A stretch of 63,556 nt of DNA, the filler included, from Psammoneis japonica (taxonomy: Eukaryota), in NCBI GenBank assembly GCA_008632985.1. It is 7 parts of 7 records of this genome, joined end to end, with 100 filler letters (N's around TTAATTAATTAA, not from the genome) between each part and the next. Parts side by side here need not be neighbours in the genome. Positions count along the whole stretch, not along the records: positions 19,548 to 29,110 come from QPGO01000533.1; positions 29,211 to 38,937 come from QPGO01000534.1; 5 more parts are not named here. One strand, 5' to 3'. Below are positions 23,256-35,427 of this stretch, in pieces (the first letter of the stretch is position 1; each line of letters opens with the position of its first letter). Made by a program: the position numbers and the translations under genes. The notes under the pieces were generated by a model that worked only from the letters and a program-made list of their open reading frames with translations, did no database searches and was not told where the DNA came from.

Positions 23256-24930
23256 ATGGTGCCTCCGACGGCGGCAGCGACAAGGACACCGCAGGAGGTT
23301 CAGAATGCGTGGGACGACCTCAAACAATGTCTTTTAAAAACGTCATTACAAGATGCACATAATCAGCAGTCTATGGCTACGGACATGTATGAGCAAGAGG
23401 AAAAACAACAACAACAAAAAGAGGTGAAACAGCGTGGTGGCAAGACGGAGACTCGCAAATCAGAAACGAAAAGCGCAGCACCCATATCGAACAAAAGTCA
23501 ATCTCGCCCACAAGTATCGAATACTAAATCTACACCTACATCAACGCCATTCATGATACACAGTGATTGGTCCTTTGCTATTGAAGAAATGCCAAACATT
23601 TCGAGGTACAGCGTCACGCTTCGTCGAGTAAAGTCGATTTCAACAACGATTGATGCGACACAATTAAAAGTCACCATGAATTATTCAGACGCAAAGGATT
23701 CGACACGAGTGACCTTGACCAATCATCGAGACAAGATCGTGTTGTTTCAAGCGGTGTTTCCCGTGCGACTCGTCAATGCGACTGCAGGACTTGTAGTAGT
23801 TGCCGACGACGACATGATTAGCTTGCGACTCCAAAGCGAGACGCCTCTTTTGTCGACTCCTCGCTCCATTATTCCAACAAGTACTCTTAAAGGAATTTCC
23901 TGTCGGTTCTGTGGTCAGTCTCTTTGTAGTGCAGCAAAAATTGAAAAGATCGTGCCACTCCCAAGTGTTGATTGGAGTGAAGTAGCAGATTACCTCGTTT
24001 GTTACAATGGCGTAAGTAAAGAAACGAGGACCATATGCTTTCTTTCGAAACAAGCCTCTAATGATTTTTTTTTTTGTGTTGCAGCCACTGGCGGTCGACT
24101 TTGGATCCGTCAAACTGGACCGTGGTGTGGCCATGGAGGATTCTACCGTGTTTGTGCTGCATCGCGAGGACGTTGGGGAATCAGTCGCTGTGCTTGCCCT
24201 AGAGGGATATGGTACAGAATGGGAAGCGTCCATAGAACAGTCAGTAGAAAGCAATGACGAGTCGGTACCGTTGGAATGGCAAGATTCTGGCGGCAGTGCT
24301 GCGACCGTGTGTTGTAGCCAATGTTGTTCCGTGTTGGGATGTACGCCCTTGCAGGATACGGACAAGATTCGATTCTTGAAACATCGTCTATCGTATGAAA
24401 AGCAGTCCCGTTGTTCCTCCTTTGTGGCCCAGGAAATGATACGGTACGCGGAAAGCAAGGCAATCTTTACCTTTGCCATCATTGACAATGCCGTCCAACA
24501 CAGCAACGGCAATTGCTTGATTTTGAAAATTTTGAGCTGGGATGCACAAATGGCAGTGTCGTCTCGTGGCAACGGTGTGCTTGATTTTCAAAATGTGGTC
24601 AAGGTCATTTATGAGGTGACAAGTTCAGCGGCAGCACTATCATCACACAAACAAGCCGACAGTCCTTGGTTCCTTGCCGGAGGAACCGTAGACTTTTGCT
24701 GTCTTCCAAACATGGGAGGACCGTCGACAGCTCAAGAATCAAACAAGAACACATCCTCCATGGTTACTTTGTATCTAGATAGTGAGGAATGGGCTGAAGT
24801 GAAGCAGACTGTCACAGATGGTTCCTCGTTCTTCTCAAAAGCTGTGGCGGATACTACGATTCGGTTCAAAGTTGGTGCCATGGCAACGGCTAGCCGCAGC
24901 CTTGGTATGAGTGCACTATTTCTTCAGTAG
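23256..24930 (+). CDS. UBE3D/Ipa1-like HECT-like E2-binding protein (intron 24012-24084)
   Basis: CRFC..PLPSVDWSEVADYLVC resembles the HECT_2 family motif, with a second CxxC (CSQC). A phase-0 GTAAGT..TTGCAG intron joins the two ORFs. Confidence 0.7.
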
Positions 24931-25240
24931 AAGCAAGATCTGTGAGGCTGTGGCGGCGGGCTTTATCATTAATTCTCTAGAGAGTAAGTGTCCCCTTGTT
25001 TGGTGGGAATATTTGCGATCGTTGGGGTCCTGTATCCGGAACAACTGACGGACGATTCTCATGACGTCATCGATGTCAGGGTGGCAATTTTGATTTTCAG
25101 ATTTGTCGTGATTCGACGATTTGCATTCTTTTGATTCTTGTTTGTTGGGGTTCTCAATCTCATTTGATGTGACGCCAACGCGATGCTTTGCCACAAAGAA
25201 AGCACAACGAAATAAGAAGCAGCACATTTTGTTATCGGAT

Positions 25241-27812
25241 ATGTGGAGAAGCAGAATGGGAGGTCGTTTTGTGAAACCAGCGGCGATGGCTCTTCTTTCC
25301 GGACGGCTGGTCGAATCATCGTCGAGCATGTTGGGGAGGAACAAGATCGCCTTCACCTATCATCACCGAGGTTGTCTTTATCGCAATACGCAACTTCGCC
25401 AACTTTTGGCGCGGTCTGCTGGAGCTGCGCCTCTCCCCGCCGAAGAATTACGATGGACGTGTGATCCAGAACAATTTCATTTCAAGACTACCGCAGATCT
25501 TGATGATCTGGGGGGAGACGCGTTGCTTGGACAAGAGAGGGCAACGTCTTCAATCGAATTTGGAATCGGCATGCATCGAGATGGGTATAATCTCTACGTT
25601 CTGGGCCCTGCTGGTGCTGGAAAAAGAACGGTTGTTCAAAAGTACCTTGAACAGCGTGCAAAAGACTGCGATGTTCCGTCGGACTGGTGTTATGTGTACA
25701 ACTTTGAGGATGCCGACTGCCCAGAAGCTTTGGCAGTTCCTGCCGGTATGGGACGCATACTGAGCGACAATATGGATCAAATAATCGAGGATCTCAAAGA
25801 GGCTATCCCTGCCGCGATGGAGAACGACGAACACGTCAAAAGGGTGCAGGCGGCGGAAAAGGAGATTGCACAAGATTTTGAATCTACCTTGAAGGAACTC
25901 TCTGACGAAGCAAAGTCGTTTGGCTTTGAGATTACTCGCAGGCAGAACGGCTTTGCTCTGTTAATACCAAAAACAGTTGAAAACATGACCCAGCAGGAGA
26001 AAGTAGCACTCGAAAAGGCTTCTGAACAAATGGAACCAAAGATGCAGGAGCTCGTACAGAGATTGTCACAGGCCACCAAGGAAACCCGGGAGAAAGTAAA
26101 GGAACTGAATCGAGAAGCTGCGAAGGCAGTGGCACATGGACTGTTTCTTTCAGTCAGAGAAATGTACAAAGATCAATCCAATGTCCTTGAGTTTCTCTCG
26201 AAAGTCGAGGATGATGTTATTCAGAACTTTCGAGAATTTCTTGTATCATCTGAAGACACAGTCATGCCATTCTTGTTCTTGCAAGGTCGCCAGAAATTTG
26301 TTAACAGATATCGTGTTAATCTTATTGTTGATCACGGNAGACGGTTGGGCCCCGGTGGTGTACGAAGATCATCCATATTACCACAATCTCATGGGACGTG
26401 TTGACCATGAGAGCAGCCTTGGCTCGCTAACCACAGACTTTTCACTCATCAAAGCTGGGGCCTTACACCGTGCCAATGGAGGATTCCTCGTATTACGAGC
26501 ACGGGACGTCCTCCTCCAGCCGTTCTCGTGGGAAGCACTAAAGCGAGCGTTGCGTACGGGACGGGTTCAAATGGAATCCTTGGGTGCTGAGTTGAGGCTA
26601 ATCAGTACCGTATCACTGGAGCCCGAGCCCATCCCGCTCGACTTGAAAGTGGTACTGATTGGAGACCGTATGATATACTACCTACTTCAGGCTTATGACG
26701 AGGACTTCAATGAGCTCTTCAAGGTAGGGGCTGACTTTAGCGACGAGACTGACCGTTCAGAGGAGAGCTGCCAGCTATATGCACGGATGTTGGCAACACT
26801 CAGCAAGACGGAAGAAGCGAAACCAATGGATCGCGAGGCAGTCGCTTTGATGATTGAACAAGCCTCAAGGCATGTGGGGGACCAAGAGAAGCTATCAACG
26901 CACATGCTAAGTACAGCGGACCTTTTGCGAGAAGCAGATTATTGGGCTGAGACCGACTCTTCAGATGTCATCGGTGCGGCCCACGTTAGCAAAGCAATAC
27001 AGCAACATATCTATCGCTCTGATCGTGTGCGCGAACTAATACATGAGCAGATAAGACGAGGCACTCTTCTGGTTGATGTTGACGGAGAAAGGATTGGGCA
27101 AGTAAATGGCTTGTCCGTCATGTCACTGGGAAAGCTCGCTTTTGGACGACCATCGCGAATAACGGCTACTGGGCGATTAGGCCGAGGCAAAGTTATTGAC
27201 ATTGAGCGTGAAGTTGAGCTGGGGGGACCGATTCATTCAAAAGGTGTTATGATTCTTTCGTCTCTCTTAGCATCGAGATATGCTAGGGACTTTCCACTTT
27301 CTCTGTCGGCAAGTTTGGTGTTTGAACAATCGTACGGTATGGTGGAAGGTGACAGCGCCTCCGTAGCAGAATTCTGCGCTTTGCTGTCCGCCCTTGCCCA
27401 AGTCCCCATAAGGCAGAACCTGGCGATTACTGGTTCACTGAACCAGCACGGCGAAGCCCAGGCGATTGGCGGAGTCAACGAAAAGATCGAGGGGTACTTT
27501 GATGTTTGCAGTGCAATTGGTTTGACTGGCGAGCAGGGCGTTCTTATTCCGTCATCGAACCGGAAGCACTTGATGTTAAGGCAGGATGTCGTGGATGCGG
27601 TGCGTCAGGGTATGTTTGCGGTATATTCATACGATACTGTCGATGATGCCATAGCTCTTCTTACTGGAGTCGATGCGGGAGAACGGGATAGTAAGGGAGA
27701 ATACAGACCCGAAACTGTCAACTATCTAGTGGATCATCGACTCAAAGAACTTGCCGATTTGATGGTGGCATACTCTGCAAACTCCGAGAAAAATGAATCT
27801 TCGTCTTTGTAG
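25241..27812 (+). CDS. Bacterial LonC/LonB-type Lon-like (S16) protease with an N-terminal extension
   Basis: LGQERA..EFG..GYNLYVLGPAGAGKRT, IKAGALHRANGGFLV, GQVNGLSV, catalytic VEGDSAS and IGGVNEKIEG. The frame break coincides with the ambiguous base at 26338. No introns evident. Confidence 0.9.
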
Positions 27813-27941
27813 GTTTGATCAACCGTCGTATCATACTTTGAAGTACAACCGTCGTTTGATTCTTTTTTCTGGAAAATCTAGAAGTACTCGTAAGCTTCGA
27901 ATAAATCTGCCATTTATTGACAATTTTAAAAGCACCTCATT

Positions 27942-29099
27942 TTACAAGTGACGCACAGATTCACTTTCTTCATGAAAGAGCTCTTGCATCATGTTATCCA
28001 CCAAGTCATCGAGTGGTTTTCTTCGTTCTGATTCCACTTCGTCTTTGCCAGTTCCGTGTACAAGATCAAGGACTTGTTCCGCTTGAGTACGCGTCAACTG
28101 CCAACGATCTTCTCTCGTCTCAAGGAGATCCTCCAAGGGATCTTCAAGGGCTGGCAGCCAATCGCTGTGAAACCAACCATCAAAGCTCAAACGCTTTTCC
28201 TTAGCATGGGGGCTCACTTGAGTAGTGAAGTGTTGTGAGTTGGGTTGACGGCGAACAAAGCCAAGGTGTTGAACTCAGCGTGAACGTAGGAATTTGTGAA
28301 CTTTCTGGGGTCCAATCTGCAAGAATCAAACAAAGAGTAAGGCGCTAAATGAGTTTCAGTCAGAAATTTAAAAGCGAGCAAATCAGTCGCCAATGCGAAA
28401 CTTACAAAGTGCGCCACCCCATTCGGGTTGCCAGTTGTGACTCAGCAGCCACTGGTAAGAAACTGCACGTTGGCCCATATATTGATTGTGCGGAAGTGAA
28501 TAATCTCCAGACATGTGATAACATGCAGAGCCAGAAGGCGCTCTCGTTCCGCCCATACAGTTACGACCTGATAAAGTGGACATGAACTTCTTCGTGTCGG
28601 GGTGTTCGAAAACAGCAAGTGTAGAGTTCATCAAAGCTGAATAGTCAGCACGGTCTGTGACTGCATGTCGGCTGTATTGAAAGCCGTCTTCGTTGAAGCC
28701 TGTATCTAGGGGCCATTTTGCCATTCTTTCAAGTTCGCAGTGAAGTGCTTCGGCAAATTCAGGAATAAACGCGTCATGAATGACAACCAAGTCGTCGCCT
28801 CGCAAAGTCTCCGCAATATCTTCCAATATCTCTCCATCCTCGAACAAGTTAGGATTCAGATAGTGTTCGATACTGGCATACTTTACATCATACGTAGGGC
28901 AGGGTTTATCTTCTTTGTATTTTCTGGCACTTGGCGGGGGCTGGCATTTTTCACCTCGGCATGGCTTTGATTGCGACGACTCGCCGTCGTCGTCATCTCG
29001 TCGAACATACTTATTAGTTGATCTTTTACGAACAGCAAAGACAGGATTGATCGAGGCCAACGCAAATGCCACAAGTAGAAACTGTTGTTGTAATCCCAT
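27942..29099 (-). CDS. Secreted 2OG-Fe(II) oxygenase (prolyl-hydroxylase-like); one intron at ~28317-28405
   Basis: Signal peptide, GDYSLPH..RAV..WQPEWGGAL|YW, FNTLALF, SQHFT and KRLSFDGW. Two single-A corrections in A runs are needed to join the frames. Confidence 0.75.
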
Positions 29100-29110
29100 T
29101 TTTCTCGTGT

Positions 29111-29210
29111 NNNNNNNNNNNNNNNNNNNNNNNNNNNNNNNNNNNNNNNNNNNNTTAATTAATTAANNNNNNNNNNNNNNNNNNNNNNNNNNNNNNNNNN
29201 NNNNNNNNNN
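29111..29210. other. Artificial scaffold linker
   Basis: N44-TTAATTAATTAA-N44. Confidence 0.98.
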
Positions 29211-30062
29211 GTATGTGTTGCTGTCGGCAAACCCACTTGCAATACTCCCAATGGGACGCCGTGTTCTGGTGAAGGATACGAATGTATCGATGATCCGACG
29301 GACGATTGCAATCCTGAAAACAGCGACGTTGATTGCGCTTTAATATGTGCAAAAGCCCCTCCTCCTCCAAGTGTCGGTATGGATGATTGCTCTACGATAA
29401 AATGCCCGGAAGCTTGTGAAATGCAAGACGATGGTCCCGTATGTGTGACTAACAATGATCCAGGAATCCAGCCTGTACCACTTGACTGTTCCAATGAGAT
29501 ATGTACGGAAGGCACTATTTGTGTATTGGATGAAAATGATAACCCGAAATGCATTGTTGAACGTTGCGAAGGCGATACTTGCACTGCAGAAGGCTTTGTC
29601 TGCGTCGAGCCAGAATGCGAACAGACTCTTGGCCCTGATACGTGTGAACAAGGGTATTGCCGAAAGGTTTGTGACGGTAATGAGGCCAGTACTGCTACCG
29701 GTATTAAGGCCAGTACTGCTACCGGTATTAAGGCCAGTAGAGCTTGTCTCGACAGCCACGTCTGCGTTCAGCACCTTTGCGATCCGTCAGTCACTCCGGA
29801 CTGCACGGGCGTTTGTTTGGCTCGTTGCTCCCCTGAAGAAACGATTGAATGTGACGATGGCAGTACCTGTGTACAGGGCGGTAATGGTATCGAGTGCTTA
29901 GTCTCGTTTGATTCGGTAGAAAACTTGTTGTTGGGTCAGGATAATACTGCGAAAGCGACTGTTAATGATGGTTCTTCCTCTGGATCCTTTGACTTGCACG
30001 CTTGCAAGTGGTGGAGCACGACTCCTCTCCTTGTATTTGTTCTCGGCAAATTACTACAGTAA
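29211..30062 (+). CDS. Cys-rich extracellular protein with a hydrophobic C-terminus (possible GPI anchor), 5'-truncated
   Basis: Open from the scaffold start. Repeated C-x(3-6)-C modules (YECIDDPTDDCNPENSDVDC) and a Ser-rich then hydrophobic tail. Includes a 24-bp in-frame duplication at ~29682-29737. Confidence 0.75.
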   Translation, partial: VCVAVGKPTCNTPNGTPCSGEGYECIDDPTDDCNPENSDVDCALICAKAPPPPSVGMDDCSTIKCPEACEMQDDGPVCVTNNDPGIQPVPLDCSNEICTEGTICVLDENDNPKCIVERCEGDTCTAEGFVCVEPECEQTLGPDTCEQGYCRKVCDGNEASTATGIKASTATGIKASRACLDSHVCVQHLCDPSVTPDCTGVCLARCSPEETIECDDGSTCVQGGNGIECLVSFDSVENLLLGQDNTAKATVNDGSSSGSFDLHACKWWSTTPLLVFVLGKLLQ

Positions 30063-30153
30063 CTCTTACGACAGTCGAAACAATAGTTACACGTTGCACA
30101 CAAGAATATCTAGAATACGAAGTAAAAACACAATCCATACATTATTCAAAGTC

Positions 30154-30837
30154 TCAACAGCCACATGCAGCAGCAGCAGAATCCTGAGCATTGTCCGCCT
30201 GATCTAGTTGCACAGTATCGCCAGCCCCACTCTGCGCCTGTCCCGAAGCCGACATTCCCTTGATCCCCGCCTTGCTACTATTCTTTTGCGCCTGCAGAGC
30301 TCGATCGTGTACAATTCCAATGAGTTTTTCAAAGGCCTTGAGCACATTCTCTCCCGACTTTGCCGATGTTTCAAGCATTTCCATCCCAAACTCTTTGCAG
30401 AACTGTTCCGCACGCTCCTTGCTCACTTCTCGTGATGCTTCTAGATCACTCTTGTTGCCCACAAGCAACTTGGCTAAATCATCCGACGACGCATGGTCCT
30501 CCAGTTGCGTCATCCAGCGCTCGCTCAACGACTCGAACGACTTGGCGTTGGTAATGTCGTACACCAGAATCACTCCCTTGGCCTTACGAAAGTACGTGGG
30601 TAGTAGTACTCGAGCAAATCGCTCTTGACCTGCCGTGTCCCATATCTGAGCCTTCACCTTGCCGTGTTCCGTGTCGAGCATTTGCGTATCGAATTCAATG
30701 CCCATGGTGGCGCTGATTTCGGCGCTGAATTTACCATTCGTCAAACGAGCCACTAGACTTGTTTTGCCAACACCAGAATCTCCCAACAGTACTACTTTGT
30801 ACAGAGGCGGCTTGGCGGATGTAGCGCGTGATGACAT
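30154..30837 (-). CDS. Rab-family small GTPase
   Basis: GDSGVGKT, WDTAGQERF, GNKSD, ETSAK and a C-terminal CGC prenylation motif. Confidence 0.97.
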   Translation of the reverse strand: MSSRATSAKPPLYKVVLLGDSGVGKTSLVARLTNGKFSAEISATMGIEFDTQMLDTEHGKVKAQIWDTAGQERFARVLLPTYFRKAKGVILVYDITNAKSFESLSERWMTQLEDHASSDDLAKLLVGNKSDLEASREVSKERAEQFCKEFGMEMLETSAKSGENVLKAFEKLIGIVHDRALQAQKNSSKAGIKGMSASGQAQSGAGDTVQLDQADNAQDSAAAACGC

Positions 30838-32705
30838 ATTGTTGTTTTGTTTTGTTGTGTTGTGTAGTTGTTGCTGTCAATGTTCTTGTGTCGGGTCGCA
30901 ATCAACTCATCGCCTCTTTTTCGTCGCGTGTTGGCGTGTGCTGAAAATCGTGTGCCTGTCGTGTGAGCAGCCAACGGATTTATATGTTGAGAAATTTATT
31001 TAAAGTTTCTGAACTTAGTATCGCATTTATTGGTGTCACGGTCGTATCTAATCGTTGTGTATCCTTCAAATATGAATGTTATAATTGGAATATGTTTATT
31101 AGATCATTATAAAAATGACAACCAAAACAACTGCGTGTTTGTCAGCACAAATCTTTTTTTAAAATTGCACAGGTTTCCGTCCAACAAAGCTTCTGTCTGT
31201 GCAAGTTACCGGCAGACGACTCAACTGGCTGACTGACGGACGCGCGACGTCACCTGCATCATCTTTTTTTTGAGATGCTCCCTCCGACGCCATAACTTAC
31301 CTGCTGTACACGCCACCATGACAAAAAAGATGCACTGAAGACGGGATGCTGTTTTGTTTTCCCAAGAATTGACACTTGCACCAACACACCACTCATGAGA
31401 GTGCATGTGACAGGATTTGAATGGGATTTGGGTGCGCGCGAAATGTCGCGCGCCATTTAGTTTGCCGCACACAGTTTTGTGTGCTCTTTAGTTCCGCACG
31501 TGCGCTCGCGATGCAGTTTGCTTTCGAGCCACATGGCTCACAAGAACAACAACAGTGGCCTGATTGTGCCAACTCACACGTCTTTTGGCTCCTGCAATGG
31601 TCTCTGAGCGGAGACTCATCTGCTGTTTGGACAGCAGCAAGGAGTTGTTGCTTGAGATCTTGCCATTTGCCTTCAATTTCTGTCAGATTGACAGTCTTGC
31701 TCATTGTCAACTCATTGAGCAACCGCCATCATCGTTGTTGATTTGCCGACGATGCTGTTTCAATTCCACATGGACCTCCGCACTGCACATGTTCTGCGTG
31801 TGCATTGCCAAGTCTGCGTGCATTCAATGCCAGGCATCAGCAGGAATTTAACGTCGCCGTCAAGTCTCCTTGCTGCTGGACATCTGGATTGATTGTGCCA
31901 CCTTTTGTCGCTGCAGACATGCATTCAACGGTTGCATCCAAGTCCATCCTTGATCCTCATCCCTTGACATGCCCATTCAACGGTCAACAGTCAAGAACCC
32001 CACACATTCAAGGATCTTCGTCGACGCTGGAGACATGCACGCGTGTGTCTTCACGGCCAAGAACTTGAACCCACTCTTTGGACTGCGGCTTTGCCACCAC
32101 TCTACAAGCACACCGAGTCCATTGCACTTGATCTGCCCCAGACTGCTGGTGCTCCACAGTTCTGCCAGGTCCACGAGGACAACTGTGAGAGCAAGCAGCC
32201 GTGATTGCAGCCTGCGTTGGGGTGAGGGTGTTTTCCCGCGTTTGTTCGTTAGTCCACAGCGCCCAACGCCTGCGTCAACTGGCCAGCCTGATCGGGAAAT
32301 CCAACAGACATAAAACAAGAACGGCTCGGGGGTCTTGTCCACCTCCAGTCAGCTCACCTGCAGGGGTTTGCAACCCGCTGCTCTGCTCGCAAGCAACCCA
32401 AAGCGCCGCCAGCTGCGGGTTCGGATGTGCCGGCACAACTCTGCGGACCGGATGGGAAGTTTGGCACTTGACAACGAATGGGACAGCACAACCCGGCAAC
32501 TTCTGATTTTAAGATGGTTCAAGATTTCAAGTCAAGTCCATTTCAAGTCAAGTCCATTCCCACTCAAGTTTCAAGTCTGCCTCCGCGTCCTGACAAGAAT
32601 CGCTTGCCCTGACACCTTTTTTGTCTGCCATGGTTCTTGCTCGTCAGCAACAAACCGATGGTTTCAAGCACGTTGTTGGAACCGTGCTTGCCCAAGGTGC
32701 TGGAA

Positions 32706-33093
32706 GACGGGCTCCAGTCCCAGGTGGGACTTTTTGTGACATTTGCCCCGCAGAATTCTATGTGCGAGCTCTGCAGTTCGCACTCGGGTCAATGGACACA
32801 TTTGTCTTCGACACAAAATAAACAGCCAAGTTTGCAGTGCATGTGTCTCTGTTCGCACTCAAAGTTTTGGACAATGCGCCTGCCCTGCACCATTCTTAAG
32901 ACACTCGAGAATGGCGCAGAAGAAAAAATGTTAAAAGTTGTTGAATGGATCGCCTGATGATTGTGCTATAAAATGATGCAAAATTTCGCAAAAATCACGT
33001 AGAAATGCACGTGCGAGACATGCGACGCGATTCAAAAAACTGTCGACATCACAGTTCAGCAGTGCAAGGTCCCACCTAGACCTGGAATGCGTC
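32706..33093. mobile_element. ~390-bp MITE (GAC..GTC family), TSD GGAA
   Basis: TIR GACG(C/G)GTTCCAG....AGGTGGGA, with GGAA on both flanks. Confidence 0.9.
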
Positions 33094-33940
33094 GGAAGCC
33101 CTCTTTGTTTGGCTTTGGCCCATGACGGCACGGACTCGCACCAAGAACTGTTCACGTTCACACCTTCCCAAATCGACTCGCTTGAGTGCGACAATGGCAC
33201 CAATGTGATCCCATTGCCCCGAGGTCACAAGAACATGTCAACAGCTCCAGTCAGTCTGCACATTGTCAAAGCACACAAAGGCCTTGATGTTGCCAATGAC
33301 TTCTCATTGTCCACGCATGATGAGTTCCTTGCCTGCCGCCTCAGCCCCGACCACATGTCTTCTGTGTCCGTCGGCAGCTCACCTCTTGCACCTCCGCATG
33401 TCACCAACCCAACCAAGGCACGCAACCCAGTGCAAGACTTCAAGCGAGGCATCAAGCGTGACCCCACTGCTTTCACAGCTCTCAAATCCGACAAGCAGTG
33501 GCACACTTGGCACACCTCACTTGTGGCACAAGCCCGTGCCCAAGATGTTGAGTGCACTCTAGACTCGTCATACAAACCGACCAGCCCCGAAGACAAACTG
33601 CTCTTTTCTGAGCAGCAAAAGCACATGTTCGCCGTCTTCAAACGCGTCCTTCTCACCAACAAGGGCAAAGCTCTCATTTGCGAAAATGTGGGGTCTTCTG
33701 ATGCCCAGACCGTCTGCCGCGCCTTGTCCGAGCATGCGCTTGCCTCCAGCCGTGCATCTGTCGAGTCCTCCACCTTGCTCATGCACCTCACCACCGCACG
33801 TCTTGGTGATGGCACTTGGAAAGGTCCGACCCACGGGTTCATCCTTCATTGGCAGGATCAGTTGCGCAAGTGCGAGGCACTCATCCCGGCCAGTGACCAC
33901 TTCTCTGAAGGACAGAAGTGCGTCATGCTCAAGAATGCCG

Positions 33941-34329
33941 GACGGGTTCCAGTCCTGGGTGGGACTTTTTGTGACATTTGCCCCGTAGAATTCCACGTGC
34001 GAGCTCTGCAGTTCGTACTCTGGTTGATGGATGTGTTTGTCTTTGACATAAAAAAAACGGCCAAGTTTGTAGTGCATCTGTCCCTGTTTGCACTCAAAGT
34101 TTTGGACAATGCGCCTGCCCTGCACCATTCTCAAGACACTGGAGAATGGCGTAGAAGAAAAAAATGTCAAAAGTTGTTCAATGGACAGCCTGACAATTGC
34201 ACCATAAAATCACACAAAATTTTGCCAAAATCACGTAGAAATGCATGTGTGCGACATACGACGCGATTCAAAAAACTGTTGATGTCACAGTTCAGTGGTG
34301 CGAGGTCCCACCCAGACCTGGAGCGCATC
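33941..34329. mobile_element. ~390-bp MITE (GAC..GTC family), TSD GCCG
   Basis: Same TIR. Removing it restores the gag sequence MLKNAAHPVEELRAVKNQA. Confidence 0.92.
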
Positions 34330-35031
34330 GCCGCACATCCTGTCGAGGAACTCCGCGCCGTCAAGAACCAAGCTGATCAACATCGCACGCAGAGTGGCAA
34401 GAGCCTCACATGCGATCAACATTGTGGCTTGCTCCTCTCCGCGGTGGCTCAATGCGACAGCACGTTTCAACCCAAGACGACACCTCGAGCTCCCCACCGT
34501 GCCACATGCGCACACAACGTCCACTCCGAGGAACCATCCGATGATGTGTTCTGTGACATCGACAGCAAAATTGATGTCCTTCAGGCCAACGCTGCCTGCG
34601 CCTGCGGTCCCAGCCTCGCCGGCGACCAACAGAAACGCCTCCCTCCTGACCACCAATGGGTTTTTGGGATTCGTTGCCCAACTCCTCCAAGGCGATCATC
34701 CTTGAGCATTCTCGTCCGCCTCCTCGCAACCCATGAGCCGGCAACTGCCATGAGTCCATTGCGGTCAACCTTCACGACCAACGACTTGGGAGTGACGGTG
34801 ATGTCAACTTGTCCTCCACGACTCTTGCTGCCTCTGGTGATCCCACTCTGAATGTGGGTGCCACTTCAGACAATCCCATTCTGGCACATCTCACCAAGCG
34901 CAAGCCACTGCCACCCGGTGATCTGCAGTGCCTGTTGTCTCCTAACCAAGCCCCCAAAGCCAGTCGACCGGGCCCATCCGCTGCTCCCTCTACCTCGCCT
35001 GCTCCCCCAGATGACATGGAACTTAACGGCC

Positions 35032-35427
35032 AACGCGCTCCAGCCCCAGGTGGGAGCTCGCAGTGCTGATGTGTGACAACAATGATTTTCATCATCCGTC
35101 GTATGTTTCGTACGTAGATTTCTACGTGTGACATTTAAAAAAAATTGTCCAGACTCACTGTTTTGCGAAGCCCCAGACGTTTTGTGTGACAAATTTACAG
35201 AAACAACAGTGCGCCAGTTGCATTCTTCAATGTCTGAAGAATGCAACTGGCCAAGCAAAAAATGATGCACTTCAATCATGTGCGAGTTTGTGCGTTCGCA
35301 AAATTGCCTCATTTTCTGTTGGCGATCATTGACATTTTAATTGCCGTGTGATTTTGCTGCAGAGCTCGCACGCAGAAGTCTGCGGGCCAAATGTCACACG
35401 GATTCCCACCTGCGTCTGGAACGCGTC
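35032..35427. mobile_element. ~395-bp MITE (GAC..GTC family, second subfamily), TSD GGCC
   Basis: Reverse complement of 53573-53970. Removing it restores ELNGRTCHRVDNHNVVCSAS. Confidence 0.92.

Noticed and set aside
24916..25356. 146-aa minus-strand ORF between the UBE3D-like and Lon genes
   Set aside because: It overlaps both neighbours and has no recognisable motif.
19548..29099. Frameshifts in host genes as programmed frameshifting or widespread pseudogenisation
   Set aside because: Most lie in homopolymer runs or at an N, and telomere G-run lengths are also erratic. Sequencing error is the simpler explanation.
33109..34851. 580-aa ORF as an intact gag or a gag-fusion protein
   Set aside because: It reads through a 389-bp MITE plus its 4-bp TSD (393 bp, in frame by chance) in stop-depleted DNA.
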